Shown here: positions 50,820-59,796 of the stretch, piece by piece
Numbering within the stretch: position 1 is the stretch's first letter
Layout: each line of letters opens with the position of its first letter
NCBI GenBank assembly: GCA_963804165.1
Contig: CAWDPO010000033.1
Span: 43,846-107,845, forward strand
Direction: 5' to 3'
Length of the DNA: 64,000 nucleotides
Source: an uncultured delta proteobacterium
GTDB taxonomy: Bacteria; Desulfobacterota; Binatia; UBA9968
Program-made: the position numbers and the translations under genes
Notes under the pieces: generated by a model
Database searches by the model: none
Told to the model about the DNA's origin: nothing
The model's input: only the letters and a program-made list of their open reading frames with translations

Positions 50820-51772
50820 TCAGTAGCCTAGTTCTTTGTCGACAGATTTTGCAGCGGCTCGCCAGCGAGAAAGCGGCGAAGATTCTCCGCAAAGACCGGC
50901 AGCAGCGCTGACCATTTTTGGCTGGTGATGCCGGCGATGCGCGGCGTGATGATCACGTTGGGCAAGGTCCATAGTTCCGAATCCTCCGCTAGCGGCTGTT
51001 TGGCGAACGCGTCGAGCACGGCGCCGGCGATCCAGTGCTCCTTCAAGGCGCGCACGAGCAAGGGTTCTTCTATCGCGCGTCCGCCGGTGAGGTTGATCAG
51101 ATAGGCGCTTTTCTTCATCGCGCGCAATTCATTTTCGCCGATTATGTTGAACGTCGACGGTACCGATGCCAAGAGCAAGACGACAAAATCAGATTGCATG
51201 AGCAACTGCGACAGGAATTCCGCCGTGCCCAATTCGTCGACGTAATCCGGTTTTGCCGTCGCGGTTCGTTTGGTTGCGAGAACGCGCATGCCGAGAGCTT
51301 TTGCTTTACGGGCCAATTCAAGTCCGACGGTGCCGAGCCCGACGATGCCGATGGTTTTCCCTTCGATCTCGAAGGGCGCGAATTTTTGCCAACGTTTCTG
51401 CTTCTGGGCGTCGATGCACTCCGGCAATTTTTTTGCGAGCATAAAAATGCCTGCAAGGGCGAATTCTGAAAATACCGTGCCGTGGATGCCTTTGGAGCCG
51501 GTTACTTGAATCGGGCGAGACTTCACCGTTGGTGTAAGATAGGCATTGACGCCGCCGCGCGTGACATGGAGCCACTTGAGATTCGGCATTTGTTGGATCA
51601 ACGTGTCGGGCAGCGGTGCTTCGGTAAAAACGCCATTGACTTCGCTGATCCATCGGGGATCCATCGCGTCGTCGTCATCGCCTTGGCGTAGTTCACATTG
51701 CGGCGCGCTCTGCTTAAGCGCGGCTAATTCTTCATCGGGTAACTTAACTCGGAGCCAGATCTTGAACGACAT
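50820..51772 (-). CDS. D-2-hydroxyacid dehydrogenase family protein (indel in the last codons)
   Basis: GIVGLGTVG, LINLTGG, AGAVLDAF and LPNVIITP. The expected NLVDKELGY end is in a shifted frame. Confidence 0.85.
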
Positions 51773-51778
51773 ATTGGA

Positions 51779-51852
51779 GAGATAACGTGAGGCTATAAGA
51801 GTGTCAATCGAGAGATCGCTTCGTTGACGCCGATCAGAGCGCATGTTAGGTA
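51779..51852. promoter_or_regulatory. Back-to-back putative promoters (TTGACA-17-TATCTC on -, TTGACG-17-TAGGTA on +)
   Basis: Divergent intergenic region with near-consensus -35 boxes at 51802-51807(-) and 51824-51829(+). Confidence 0.4.
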
Positions 51853-51901
51853 GCGCGATAGTGTTGCGACTTGGTTCACATGTTCGAGGTTCAAAAGTTC
51901 A

Positions 51902-52654
51902 ATGCAAAGCAAGCCAAAAAATCAAAAAAGGCAGATTGAGAATTTGAAGCGCCGTCTGGTCGAGGGCATAGGCGTCATTACCGGCGAAGGCGTGCTTTCG
52001 GGATCGGGGCATTTGAGCGCACGCATTCCCGACACGGAAACTTTTTTGATTAACCCTCGTTTTGCCGGCGTGCTCGCCGATCCAAAGGATATTTGCATCG
52101 TCGGTTTCGACGGCAAGCGCATCGCCGGCGCGGGGCCGATTCCCTCGGAGACGCCGATTCACGCAGCGGTGTATCGCGCCCGCGCCGATATCGGCAGCGT
52201 GATTCACTGTCATGCGCGCGCGTCGATACTTGTCGGACTGCTCGACACCGGCCTGATTCCGTTCAACCGCGAAGCGCGCATCTTCGCCGATGGCGTGCCG
52301 ATTTTTCCCGATAGCCACGGCATCAACAGCTTCGCATTAGCCGAGCGCATGGTCGCCAATCTCGGGCCGCACTATGCGACGCTGCTGCGCGGCCATGGCG
52401 TCGTCGTCACCGGACCGGGGATCGAGGGCGCTTGTATTTCGGCGATTCAACTCGAGCGCGCCTGCCAGGATCAGCTGTTGATGATGAGCATCACCGAGCT
52501 CAAACCGATGGCCGATGCCGGGCGCGGCCGCAATAACGCGCGCCTGGAGAATCCTTACCGCGCTTGGCCGTTTCTGCTGTACAAACACAAGATCAAGTCG
52601 AAGGCGCAAATCCGCAAAGACATCCGCACATTGAAAGAAGGCGAACATTACTGA
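51902..52654 (+). CDS. Class II aldolase/adducin-family protein
   Basis: GHLSAR, PSETPIHAAVYRAR.D.GSVIHCH and LLRGHGVVV. Confidence 0.88.
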   Translation: MQSKPKNQKRQIENLKRRLVEGIGVITGEGVLSGSGHLSARIPDTETFLINPRFAGVLADPKDICIVGFDGKRIAGAGPIPSETPIHAAVYRARADIGSVIHCHARASILVGLLDTGLIPFNREARIFADGVPIFPDSHGINSFALAERMVANLGPHYATLLRGHGVVVTGPGIEGACISAIQLERACQDQLLMMSITELKPMADAGRGRNNARLENPYRAWPFLLYKHKIKSKAQIRKDIRTLKEGEHY

Positions 52655-52720
52655 GCGGAGGATCGAAAGTAGCAGGTCGAGGATAGAGCATCGAAGATCG
52701 AGCATGGATCCGGCGTCAGA

Positions 52721-53747
52721 ATGAAAAACTGTTCGGCGATGAAAAAAGGTACTTGGATATTTGCCAGCCTTGCGTTCGTGTTGATGCCCCGGATGGCTTT
52801 GGCACAAGACAAGAAACTCGATTCTTTTACGATTTCCTATGCGTCGGTCTCGGGAACACGGGCGCCGTTATGGATCGCCAAAGATCTCGGACTATTCGAA
52901 AAGTACGGCTTGGACGGCAATCTGATTTACATCGCCTCCGGCGTGACTTCGGTCAATGCCTTGCTGGGCGGCAGCGTCGATATTATCGCCGCGTCGGGAT
53001 CGTCCGCCGTCGGCGCGGCGGCGCGCGGCGCGCCGTTGGTGATCGTCGCCAGCCTCGGACATATTGCCTATAAGCTGATTGCTCACCCGTCGATTAAATC
53101 GGTGCAGGAGCTCAAGGGCAAAATCATCGGCTCGAGCCGGATCGGCGCAGGTTCCGACTTCGCTCTGCAACGCTTGATGCCGAAGCTCGGCTTGGTTCCC
53201 GGCAAAGACGTGCAATTGCTCGCTACTGGTATCAGCGAGTCGGACCGCCGGATGCTGATGCTGTTGCAAGGCAAGATCGACGCGACGTTGGGAACCGAAG
53301 ATAATCTTCTTCAATTGGCCAATCGCGGCATGAAATTTTCCGTCTTGGCGGATCTTTACGACTCCGGTGTATTTACCACGGGCAGCGATATCGCCACGAG
53401 CCGCCAGTTGCTGAAACAACGGCCGAGACAGCTCAAGGCATTTCTCATGGCGGTTACCGAGGGAACTTGGGTCGGCCGCAACAATAAAGATCTGACCATG
53501 CGCATCTACCGCAAGTATATGAAGATCGAGGATCAAAAGATTGCTGGAGTCGATGCACAAAAATTATTTGCTCGGCTCGATTCCCGTGCGGCCGTTTCCG
53601 AACGAAGAAGCGATACAAAACGACATCGAAGACTTGAGCCAATCCTTGCCGCATCTACGCGGAAAAAAAGCCGCGGAGTTTCTCGATCTCTCGCTTTTGA
53701 AAAGCATGGATGAGGAAGGGTTCTTCAAGCGGCTGCAAGGAAAATAG
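52721..53747 (+). CDS. NMT1/SsuA-type substrate-binding protein (frameshift near 53540)
   Basis: Signal peptide, PLWIAKDLGLFEKYGL and ELKGKIIG. The C-terminal FLDLSLLKSMDEEGFFK is in the next frame. Confidence 0.82.
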
Positions 53748-53756
53748 CCCTCAGGG

Positions 53757-54203
53757 TTGCGCGAGCGGCGAAATTTGACCGACTTCAAGCCACGGATTAT
53801 TTATTACGAACTTCCCGACGGTTGGACGCTGTTGGTGGGCGCGACGGACGCCGACAACGACTACTTAAGCATCAAATTGGCTGAGCCCGCCGATTGGTGG
53901 TTTCATGCCGATAAAGTTCCCGGCAGCCATGTGATTCTGCGCGCGAGACCGGATGCGGAGCCAAGCCGTGAGACTTTAAAGCAAGCCGCGGCCGTGGCGG
54001 CGTACCACAGCAAGGCGCGCAATGCCGGAATGATCCCGGTTCACTGCACGCGAGCGCGCTACGTGTCGAAACCGCGCGGCGCCAAAGCCGGCACGGTCAA
54101 CGTGGCGCACGGCAGCGTTTTGAAAGTCCGCCCCGATATTCGTTTGGCGACCCGACTGCGCGCCGGAAACAAATTCGACAAGCCTCGCAGCCCCGACTGT
54201 TAG
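53757..54203 (+). CDS. Stand-alone NFACT-R (DUF814) RNA-binding domain protein
   Basis: LVG....DND.LS, DWWFHADKVPGSHVIL, AAAVAAYHSKAR and VSKPRGAKAGTV. Confidence 0.85.
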   Translation: MRERRNLTDFKPRIIYYELPDGWTLLVGATDADNDYLSIKLAEPADWWFHADKVPGSHVILRARPDAEPSRETLKQAAAVAAYHSKARNAGMIPVHCTRARYVSKPRGAKAGTVNVAHGSVLKVRPDIRLATRLRAGNKFDKPRSPDC

Positions 54204-54215
54204 CGATAGACGATC

Positions 54216-54377
54216 ATGCCAAGCCTAACACTCGCTTGCCGTGACGACGATCGAACACCGGTGATCTTCGCCATTCGCGCAATGGCGGCGCGCTACTACG
54301 ATCTCGACGTGTGGGACGCTGGGGGCTTGGATGACGCGGGTTTTATCGACGATCTGGTGAAGCGCACAGAAGGATAG
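54216..54377 (+). pseudogene. 53-aa mini-ORF: N- and C-termini of a signal-less PBP2-fold protein, core deleted
   Basis: MPSLTLACRDDDRTPVIFAIRAMAARYYDLDV-WDAGGLDDAGFIDDLVKRTEG. The C-terminus matches WDLHYLRRLDNSGFIDDLYK of 23533-24474. Confidence 0.5.
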
Positions 54378-54468
54378 TGCCCGCTTGCCCAGCAGCCTCC
54401 CAAATAGCTATAAATAGATAAACTGGGTCGCTCGATTAGCCGACAAGCTCACATTAGAGGAACAGGTC

Positions 54469-55773
54469 ATGATTAGCACTGAAGAAAATCAACTACTCAC
54501 TCAAACCGACCCGCAGACGCCATGCGGCGAGCTTTTACGCCGCTATTGGCAGCCCGTCGCGCTTAGCGAGGAACTGCCGAAAGACGGCGCGCCGCTGAAG
54601 GTCAAAATCCTCGGCGAAGAATTAGTGCTGTTTCGAGACGATCAAGGCCGGCTGGGATTGATCGGGCTGCACTGCTCGCATCGGGGCACCGACTTGAGTT
54701 ACGGACGCATCGAAGACGGCGGGTTGCGTTGCCTCTATCACGGCTGGCTTTACGATGTCTGCGGCCGAATCCTCGATCAACCCGGCGAACCGGGCGGCGG
54801 CGCGAACAAAAACGAGATCCGCCATCGCGCTCATCCATGCCAGGAAGCCGGCGGGGTGATTTTCACTTACATGGGGCCTGGCGATCCGCCATTGCTGCCG
54901 AATTATGAATTTCTCACCGTGCCCGGAGAATACCGGACCGTGACCAAGATCTTTGAGACTTGCAACTATCTCCAGGGCAACGAAGGCAACATCGATCCTG
55001 TCCACCTTTCTTTTTTGCATCAATGTCTCGACGAAGCGCAGATCGCGCGGCGACGAACTGTACCGGGCAGCAACGCCACTGACAATAAATTGCTCGCTGA
55101 AGATATCGCGCCGACGATCGAAGTCGAAATCACGGACTATGGTCTGAGGATCTATACGCTCAGAGGCGCCGGGCGAGACAAACGTTATTTGCGGGTTACC
55201 AATTTTGTCATGCCCAATTTGTCCGTCTTCGGCGGGTCTTCCGTGGGACAAGGTTACTCGATTCACTGGCACGTGCCGATCGACGACACCAGCCACTGGA
55301 AATACATTTTCGCTTTCAGCCGCGAAAAGCCGCTAGATGATTTTATGCGAACGAGGAGCCGGGCGGAGCTGACCGCCGATTATCGATTGACGCGGAATGC
55401 TTCGAACCGCTATCAGCAAGACCGCGCCTCGATGAACACGCAGACTTTCACCGGCATGGGTTTGAACTTTCAAGCGCACGACGCGTTCGCTACGGAGAGC
55501 CAAGGCCCGGTGCAAGATCGCACGGCGGAGCATCTGGTGACTTCGGACAAGGCAATCGTCGCCGCGCGTAAATTGCTGTTGAACGCGATGAGAGACGCAA
55601 AGAACGGCCGCGACCCGCAACACGTAATTAGAGATGCCAAGACAAATCGGCTCCTGCACTTACAAGCGTTGTCGGAGGTCATTCCCCTCGCCGTGGATTT
55701 TAAGGGGCATATTCGCGAGCGGATCGCGGAAATCGACCGGGCCTACACATCACGCGGGGAAGGTCATCGATGA
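54469..55773 (+). CDS. Rieske oxygenase alpha subunit (close paralog of 3845-5122)
   Basis: CSH...CLYH, EGNIDPVHLSFLH and QAHDAFATESQG. Confidence 0.92.
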   Translation: MISTEENQLLTQTDPQTPCGELLRRYWQPVALSEELPKDGAPLKVKILGEELVLFRDDQGRLGLIGLHCSHRGTDLSYGRIEDGGLRCLYHGWLYDVCGRILDQPGEPGGGANKNEIRHRAHPCQEAGGVIFTYMGPGDPPLLPNYEFLTVPGEYRTVTKIFETCNYLQGNEGNIDPVHLSFLHQCLDEAQIARRRTVPGSNATDNKLLAEDIAPTIEVEITDYGLRIYTLRGAGRDKRYLRVTNFVMPNLSVFGGSSVGQGYSIHWHVPIDDTSHWKYIFAFSREKPLDDFMRTRSRAELTADYRLTRNASNRYQQDRASMNTQTFTGMGLNFQAHDAFATESQGPVQDRTAEHLVTSDKAIVAARKLLLNAMRDAKNGRDPQHVIRDAKTNRLLHLQALSEVIPLAVDFKGHIRERIAEIDRAYTSRGEGHR

Positions 55774-56745
55774 TGCGCAAGTTGTGGCTCGTGATTGCTT
55801 TGCTGCTGTGTGCCGGTTGGCTTGCGCGCGCAAGAGCGCTACACGATTGCTTATGCCGGGTTCGCCGGTTTTCAATCGCCACTGTGGGCGACTAAGGAGC
55901 TGGGCCTACTCGCCAAGTACGGCATTCACGGCGACTTGGTTTTAACGCCGGGCTCGACTCGTCAGATCCAGGCGCTGGTGGGCAATAGTGTTCACTTTGC
56001 TCAGGTGGACGCGGTAACGACGGTCAATGCCATCGCGCAGGGCGCGGATCTGGTCATGATCTCGGGTTCGCTCAATACGTTTCCTTTCAGCTTTGTCGCA
56101 CAAAAGGAAATCCGCAAGCCCGATGATCTTAGCGGTAAGAAAATCGGCATCGTCGGTTTCGGCGGCGCCAACGAGCTGGCGATATTGCTCGCGCTCAAAG
56201 AGTGGAATGTACAGCGCCAGGCCGTGACTCTCTTGCAGGCGGGCGGCGCGTCACAGCGTCTGGTCGCGATGAGCGCCAAAGCGCTCGACGCCACCGTGCT
56301 CGCGCAACCGGAGCTCGGCGAAGCGCAGCGCATGGGCATGAACGTGCTCGTGCACATGCGCGACATGAAAGCCGCGGCGTTTCCGATGAACGCCATCGTG
56401 GTGCGCCGGTCGTTCCTCCAGCAAAATCGCGACGTGGTCAAACGTTTCCAGGAGGCCTATGCCGAGGCGACCTATCAGTTGCTGAACAATAAAGACAAAG
56501 CGACCGCGGTATTGGCGAAATGGTTGCAGCAGAAAAATCCCAAGGCGATCGAGGAGACCTATCAGTACATCGCGACGAGTTTTTCTTTCCCGACGCGTAT
56601 CGCGGCGCAGGGGCTGCGCAACACTTTGGATATGGTCGCGCAGCGAAATCCGAAGATCGACATGAACCTTGCCAAATACGTCGATGAAAGCACGCTCGAC
56701 GAATTGGAAAAAGAGGGGTTCTTCAAGCGAATCACGGGAAAGTGA
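55770..56745 (+). CDS. NMT1/SsuA-type substrate-binding protein (indel in the signal-peptide region)
   Basis: ATGA overlap with the Rieske stop; PLWATKELGLLAKYGI, DLSGKKIGI and YVDESTLDELEKEGFFK. Confidence 0.8.
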
Positions 56746-56782
56746 CTCGCGTTCAAGGCCGTTCAAGACGAAGGCGGTTCTC

Positions 56783-57610
56783 ATGCCAACTAAAATTCAG
56801 CACGCGGCGATCGTCAGTGAAAACTTTGTGCGAGAAGCGAAATTCTATGAAGCCATATTCGGCATGAAGCGGTCGAAACCGGGCTCCGAAGAGGAACAGA
56901 AGGCGATCCGGAACAATTATGCCGTCAGCATCAGCGACGGTTACGTCGGTGTGACTGTGATCGGCAGAAAGCCGGGTTATATACCGGGCTTGCACCATTT
57001 CGGCGTCGATGTCGACGACGTCGACGAAGCGATGTCGCGTATCAAGAAAAATTATCCGGAAGTCGCGGTGCTCAAGCGGCCTTCCAACCGTCCCTTTGCG
57101 ACTTACGGCGCCCATGATCCTGAAGGTAATTATTTCGACCTCACGCAGGAAGGCATGTCGAACCGCCGCGATGTTTATGTGCAACAACAGCGTGAACAGC
57201 CGCGGCGCATACATCACCTCAAATTGCGGGTCATGAATCCGTCGAAGATTGCCGCATTCTACCGCGATTCGTTCGACCTGACCGAAGCGGAAAAGGCGCT
57301 CGAAGATCCGAACTTCTATCTCACCGACGGCAAGATGACACTGATCATCGCACCGTGGAAGATGAGCGATTTTGAAGGCGCCGGCATCGATCGACCGGGC
57401 TTGGAACATATTGGTTTTAAAGTCGAGAGCGTCGAGTCGGTGAAGACAGAATTGGCCGCATTGCGCGAAGCCAATGCCGAGATGCGCGAACGCATCATTA
57501 GCGAGCCGAGTGAAGGGGAAAGACGGCTTGCATTGATTGCGTCATGCCGCCATGGACAGCATCAATGTTCGAGTCCGGACGGGGTGTTTATCGATCTGTC
57601 GGAACGATAA
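56783..57610 (+). CDS. Two-domain VOC (glyoxalase/extradiol dioxygenase superfamily) protein
   Basis: IQHAAI, GLHHFGVDVDD, DPEGNYFDL, IHHLKL, GLEHIGFKVE and PDGVFIDL. Confidence 0.8.
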   Translation: MPTKIQHAAIVSENFVREAKFYEAIFGMKRSKPGSEEEQKAIRNNYAVSISDGYVGVTVIGRKPGYIPGLHHFGVDVDDVDEAMSRIKKNYPEVAVLKRPSNRPFATYGAHDPEGNYFDLTQEGMSNRRDVYVQQQREQPRRIHHLKLRVMNPSKIAAFYRDSFDLTEAEKALEDPNFYLTDGKMTLIIAPWKMSDFEGAGIDRPGLEHIGFKVESVESVKTELAALREANAEMRERIISEPSEGERRLALIASCRHGQHQCSSPDGVFIDLSER

Positions 57611-57724
57611 ATCGCGTTCGGATAAAAAATTACAATTGTAATCCCGATCGATAGCGCAACCTGTCGTCATGGATTTGTTATCGCGATGTCGGATCTGATG
57701 AAAAATTAGAACGGGAGACCGCCG

Positions 57725-58738
57725 ATGGTGCTAAGCAAATGTCGGGGAAAAATGCCGGCGCCGGTGGCGCTGTTGTTTGGCTTTGCGCTCGCTTTTCTTC
57801 CCTCGGGTCTAGACGCCGCCGACCGAATCTACAGTGCTTACTTCTCTCCCGCTCCCGGAGCTTCGGCGGTGATCTGGGTGGCCAAAGAAGCCCGCTTGTT
57901 CGATAAACACGGACTTGATGTCGCGCCCGTGCTCATTCCCAGCAGCGTGCGCACGCTTCAAGCGATCTTGGCGGGAGAAAGCGCTATTGCCGAGAGCGCC
58001 GGCCCCGCGGTCGTCAGCGCGCGTCTCGCCGGCGGGGACGTGGTCGCGATTGCCGGCAGCGTAAATATTCTGACCTACTATTTTGTGACGCTGCCCACGA
58101 TCAAACGGGCCGAGGATCTCAAAGGAAAAATCGGCGCCAACCAAAGCCCCGGCACGATTGCCGATTTCGCCCTGCGCGTGAGCCTGAGAAAGTTAGGTCT
58201 GGATCCGGCGAAGGATGTCAGTCTGCGCTCCATCGGCGTTCTTTACGACCGCATCGCGGCGATGCAAAAAGGCATCGTGCAGTTCACCGTGGTCACCGAA
58301 GCGGAGAAGCCGGTCGTCGACAAGCTGGGATTTCCGGTTTTGCTCGATCTGATCTCGCTCAAAATCCCATTTCCCCAGCGTGGCATCTACACGACCGGCA
58401 AGACGATCAAAGAGCAGCCGGATATGGTGCGGCGCTACGTGCGGGCCTATGTGGAGGCAATTCACTATTTCAAGACGCGCAAAGAGGAAACCATGCAGAT
58501 CATGCGCAAATATTCGCGCGTGGAAGATCGCGGCGTGCTCGAACACACGCAGTCGTGGTTCACGGAAAACATGCCGGATTATCCCTATCCGCCTATGGAA
58601 GGATATCAAGTCGTGGCGCAGGAAATGGCGTCGATCCAACCCAAAGCAGCGGGGCTCAACGTGAAAGAGTTAGTCGACGCTCGCTTCGTCAAAGAATTGG
58701 AAGATTCGGCGTTCGTCGCCAATCTGTCCAAAAAATAA
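57725..58738 (+). CDS. NMT1/SsuA-type substrate-binding protein
   Basis: Signal peptide, IWVAKEARLFDKHGL, EDLKGKIG and LVDARFVKELEDS. Confidence 0.85.
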   Translation: MVLSKCRGKMPAPVALLFGFALAFLPSGLDAADRIYSAYFSPAPGASAVIWVAKEARLFDKHGLDVAPVLIPSSVRTLQAILAGESAIAESAGPAVVSARLAGGDVVAIAGSVNILTYYFVTLPTIKRAEDLKGKIGANQSPGTIADFALRVSLRKLGLDPAKDVSLRSIGVLYDRIAAMQKGIVQFTVVTEAEKPVVDKLGFPVLLDLISLKIPFPQRGIYTTGKTIKEQPDMVRRYVRAYVEAIHYFKTRKEETMQIMRKYSRVEDRGVLEHTQSWFTENMPDYPYPPMEGYQVVAQEMASIQPKAAGLNVKELVDARFVKELEDSAFVANLSKK

Positions 58739-58886
58739 ACTGCAATTCACTTTGGTGCGCTGTGTTTCGCTCGGCGACTTAGGCTCAAATCTGGTCGCTC
58801 GCTCGACAGCGACATTGACGTGGGGTTCGCTGGAAATCAACGCTCTCTGCAAAGGCCGTTTCATCGAACCCGAAGCCGATCTGCCG

Positions 58887-59666
58887 CTATTCCATCGCGC
58901 GCCGCGAAATATTTTCCGGCGTCAGGCCGCCGGACCAGGGATAGCTTTGCAAGCTGTGACTGGTTTTACCGTTTACCAAGGTCTCCGCGTGACGAATCCC
59001 GACTAGCTTGGTATTGATCACCGGCACCTTGAGTTCGCCTTCCAATTCCAGCGGCGAAACTACGTAGGGCACAAGGCGCCCGCCCAGCGGGATGATCGCG
59101 TGCGCGCCTTGCGCGATCAATTCCCTTCCCACGGCGAGCATGCGCTCGACGAGAAGATCGTGGTAAGCCGATAGATCGCCCGTCTCGTAGGTGTTGATCG
59201 CCTGGATACCGGAGATGAATCGTCCCATCCGATAATTCTCGATGATGCGCCGCGCATAGACGGCGTGGCTATCCAAGGGCGCGATGAGGCCGAAACGATC
59301 ACAAAGGGTCGCGGCAAAATGGCAGGATGCGCGCAGCACGCCGACGACCGGAATGCGCACGGCGCAGCGCGCCACTTCCACGCCCGGATCGAACGTATTG
59401 CTCTGCACAACGGCATCGAAGCCCAAGCGTTCGGCTTCGATAACTTTCTTGACCAAAGCGGGTGTTTCCAGGGCATGGTGAAGCCCGGCTAATGCCTGGC
59501 TCTTGCGCAGGTGGCTCGTCACCTCGCTGCCGCCGAGATCTTCAGGATAGTGCACCTCGATCGTCGTGCCCGGCGAAGTATAACTCTGGAGCAGCGTCGC
59601 CACACGGGCCTCATAGGCCGGGCTTCCTTCACGTTTAGACTGGTGATTCAAGATCATGATGCGCAT
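58887..59666 (-). CDS. Asp/Glu/hydantoin racemase-superfamily protein
   Basis: AERLGFDAVV...DPGVEVARCAVRIPVVG...A.HFA, GAHAIIP and LKVPVIN. Confidence 0.78.
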   Translation of the reverse strand: MRIMILNHQSKREGSPAYEARVATLLQSYTSPGTTIEVHYPEDLGGSEVTSHLRKSQALAGLHHALETPALVKKVIEAERLGFDAVVQSNTFDPGVEVARCAVRIPVVGVLRASCHFAATLCDRFGLIAPLDSHAVYARRIIENYRMGRFISGIQAINTYETGDLSAYHDLLVERMLAVGRELIAQGAHAIIPLGGRLVPYVVSPLELEGELKVPVINTKLVGIRHAETLVNGKTSHSLQSYPWSGGLTPENISRRAME

Positions 59667-59796
59667 CGTCGTACCTCCTGGTTCCCCCTACGGAGAAATT
59701 TAAAATTGCCGATGTCAGATCGGCGATGGAAATCTTCCCTAACAATTCCAGGATTCGCGTCTCGGTAGCGGCATGGCTACTTGCCTGAAAAAATTC

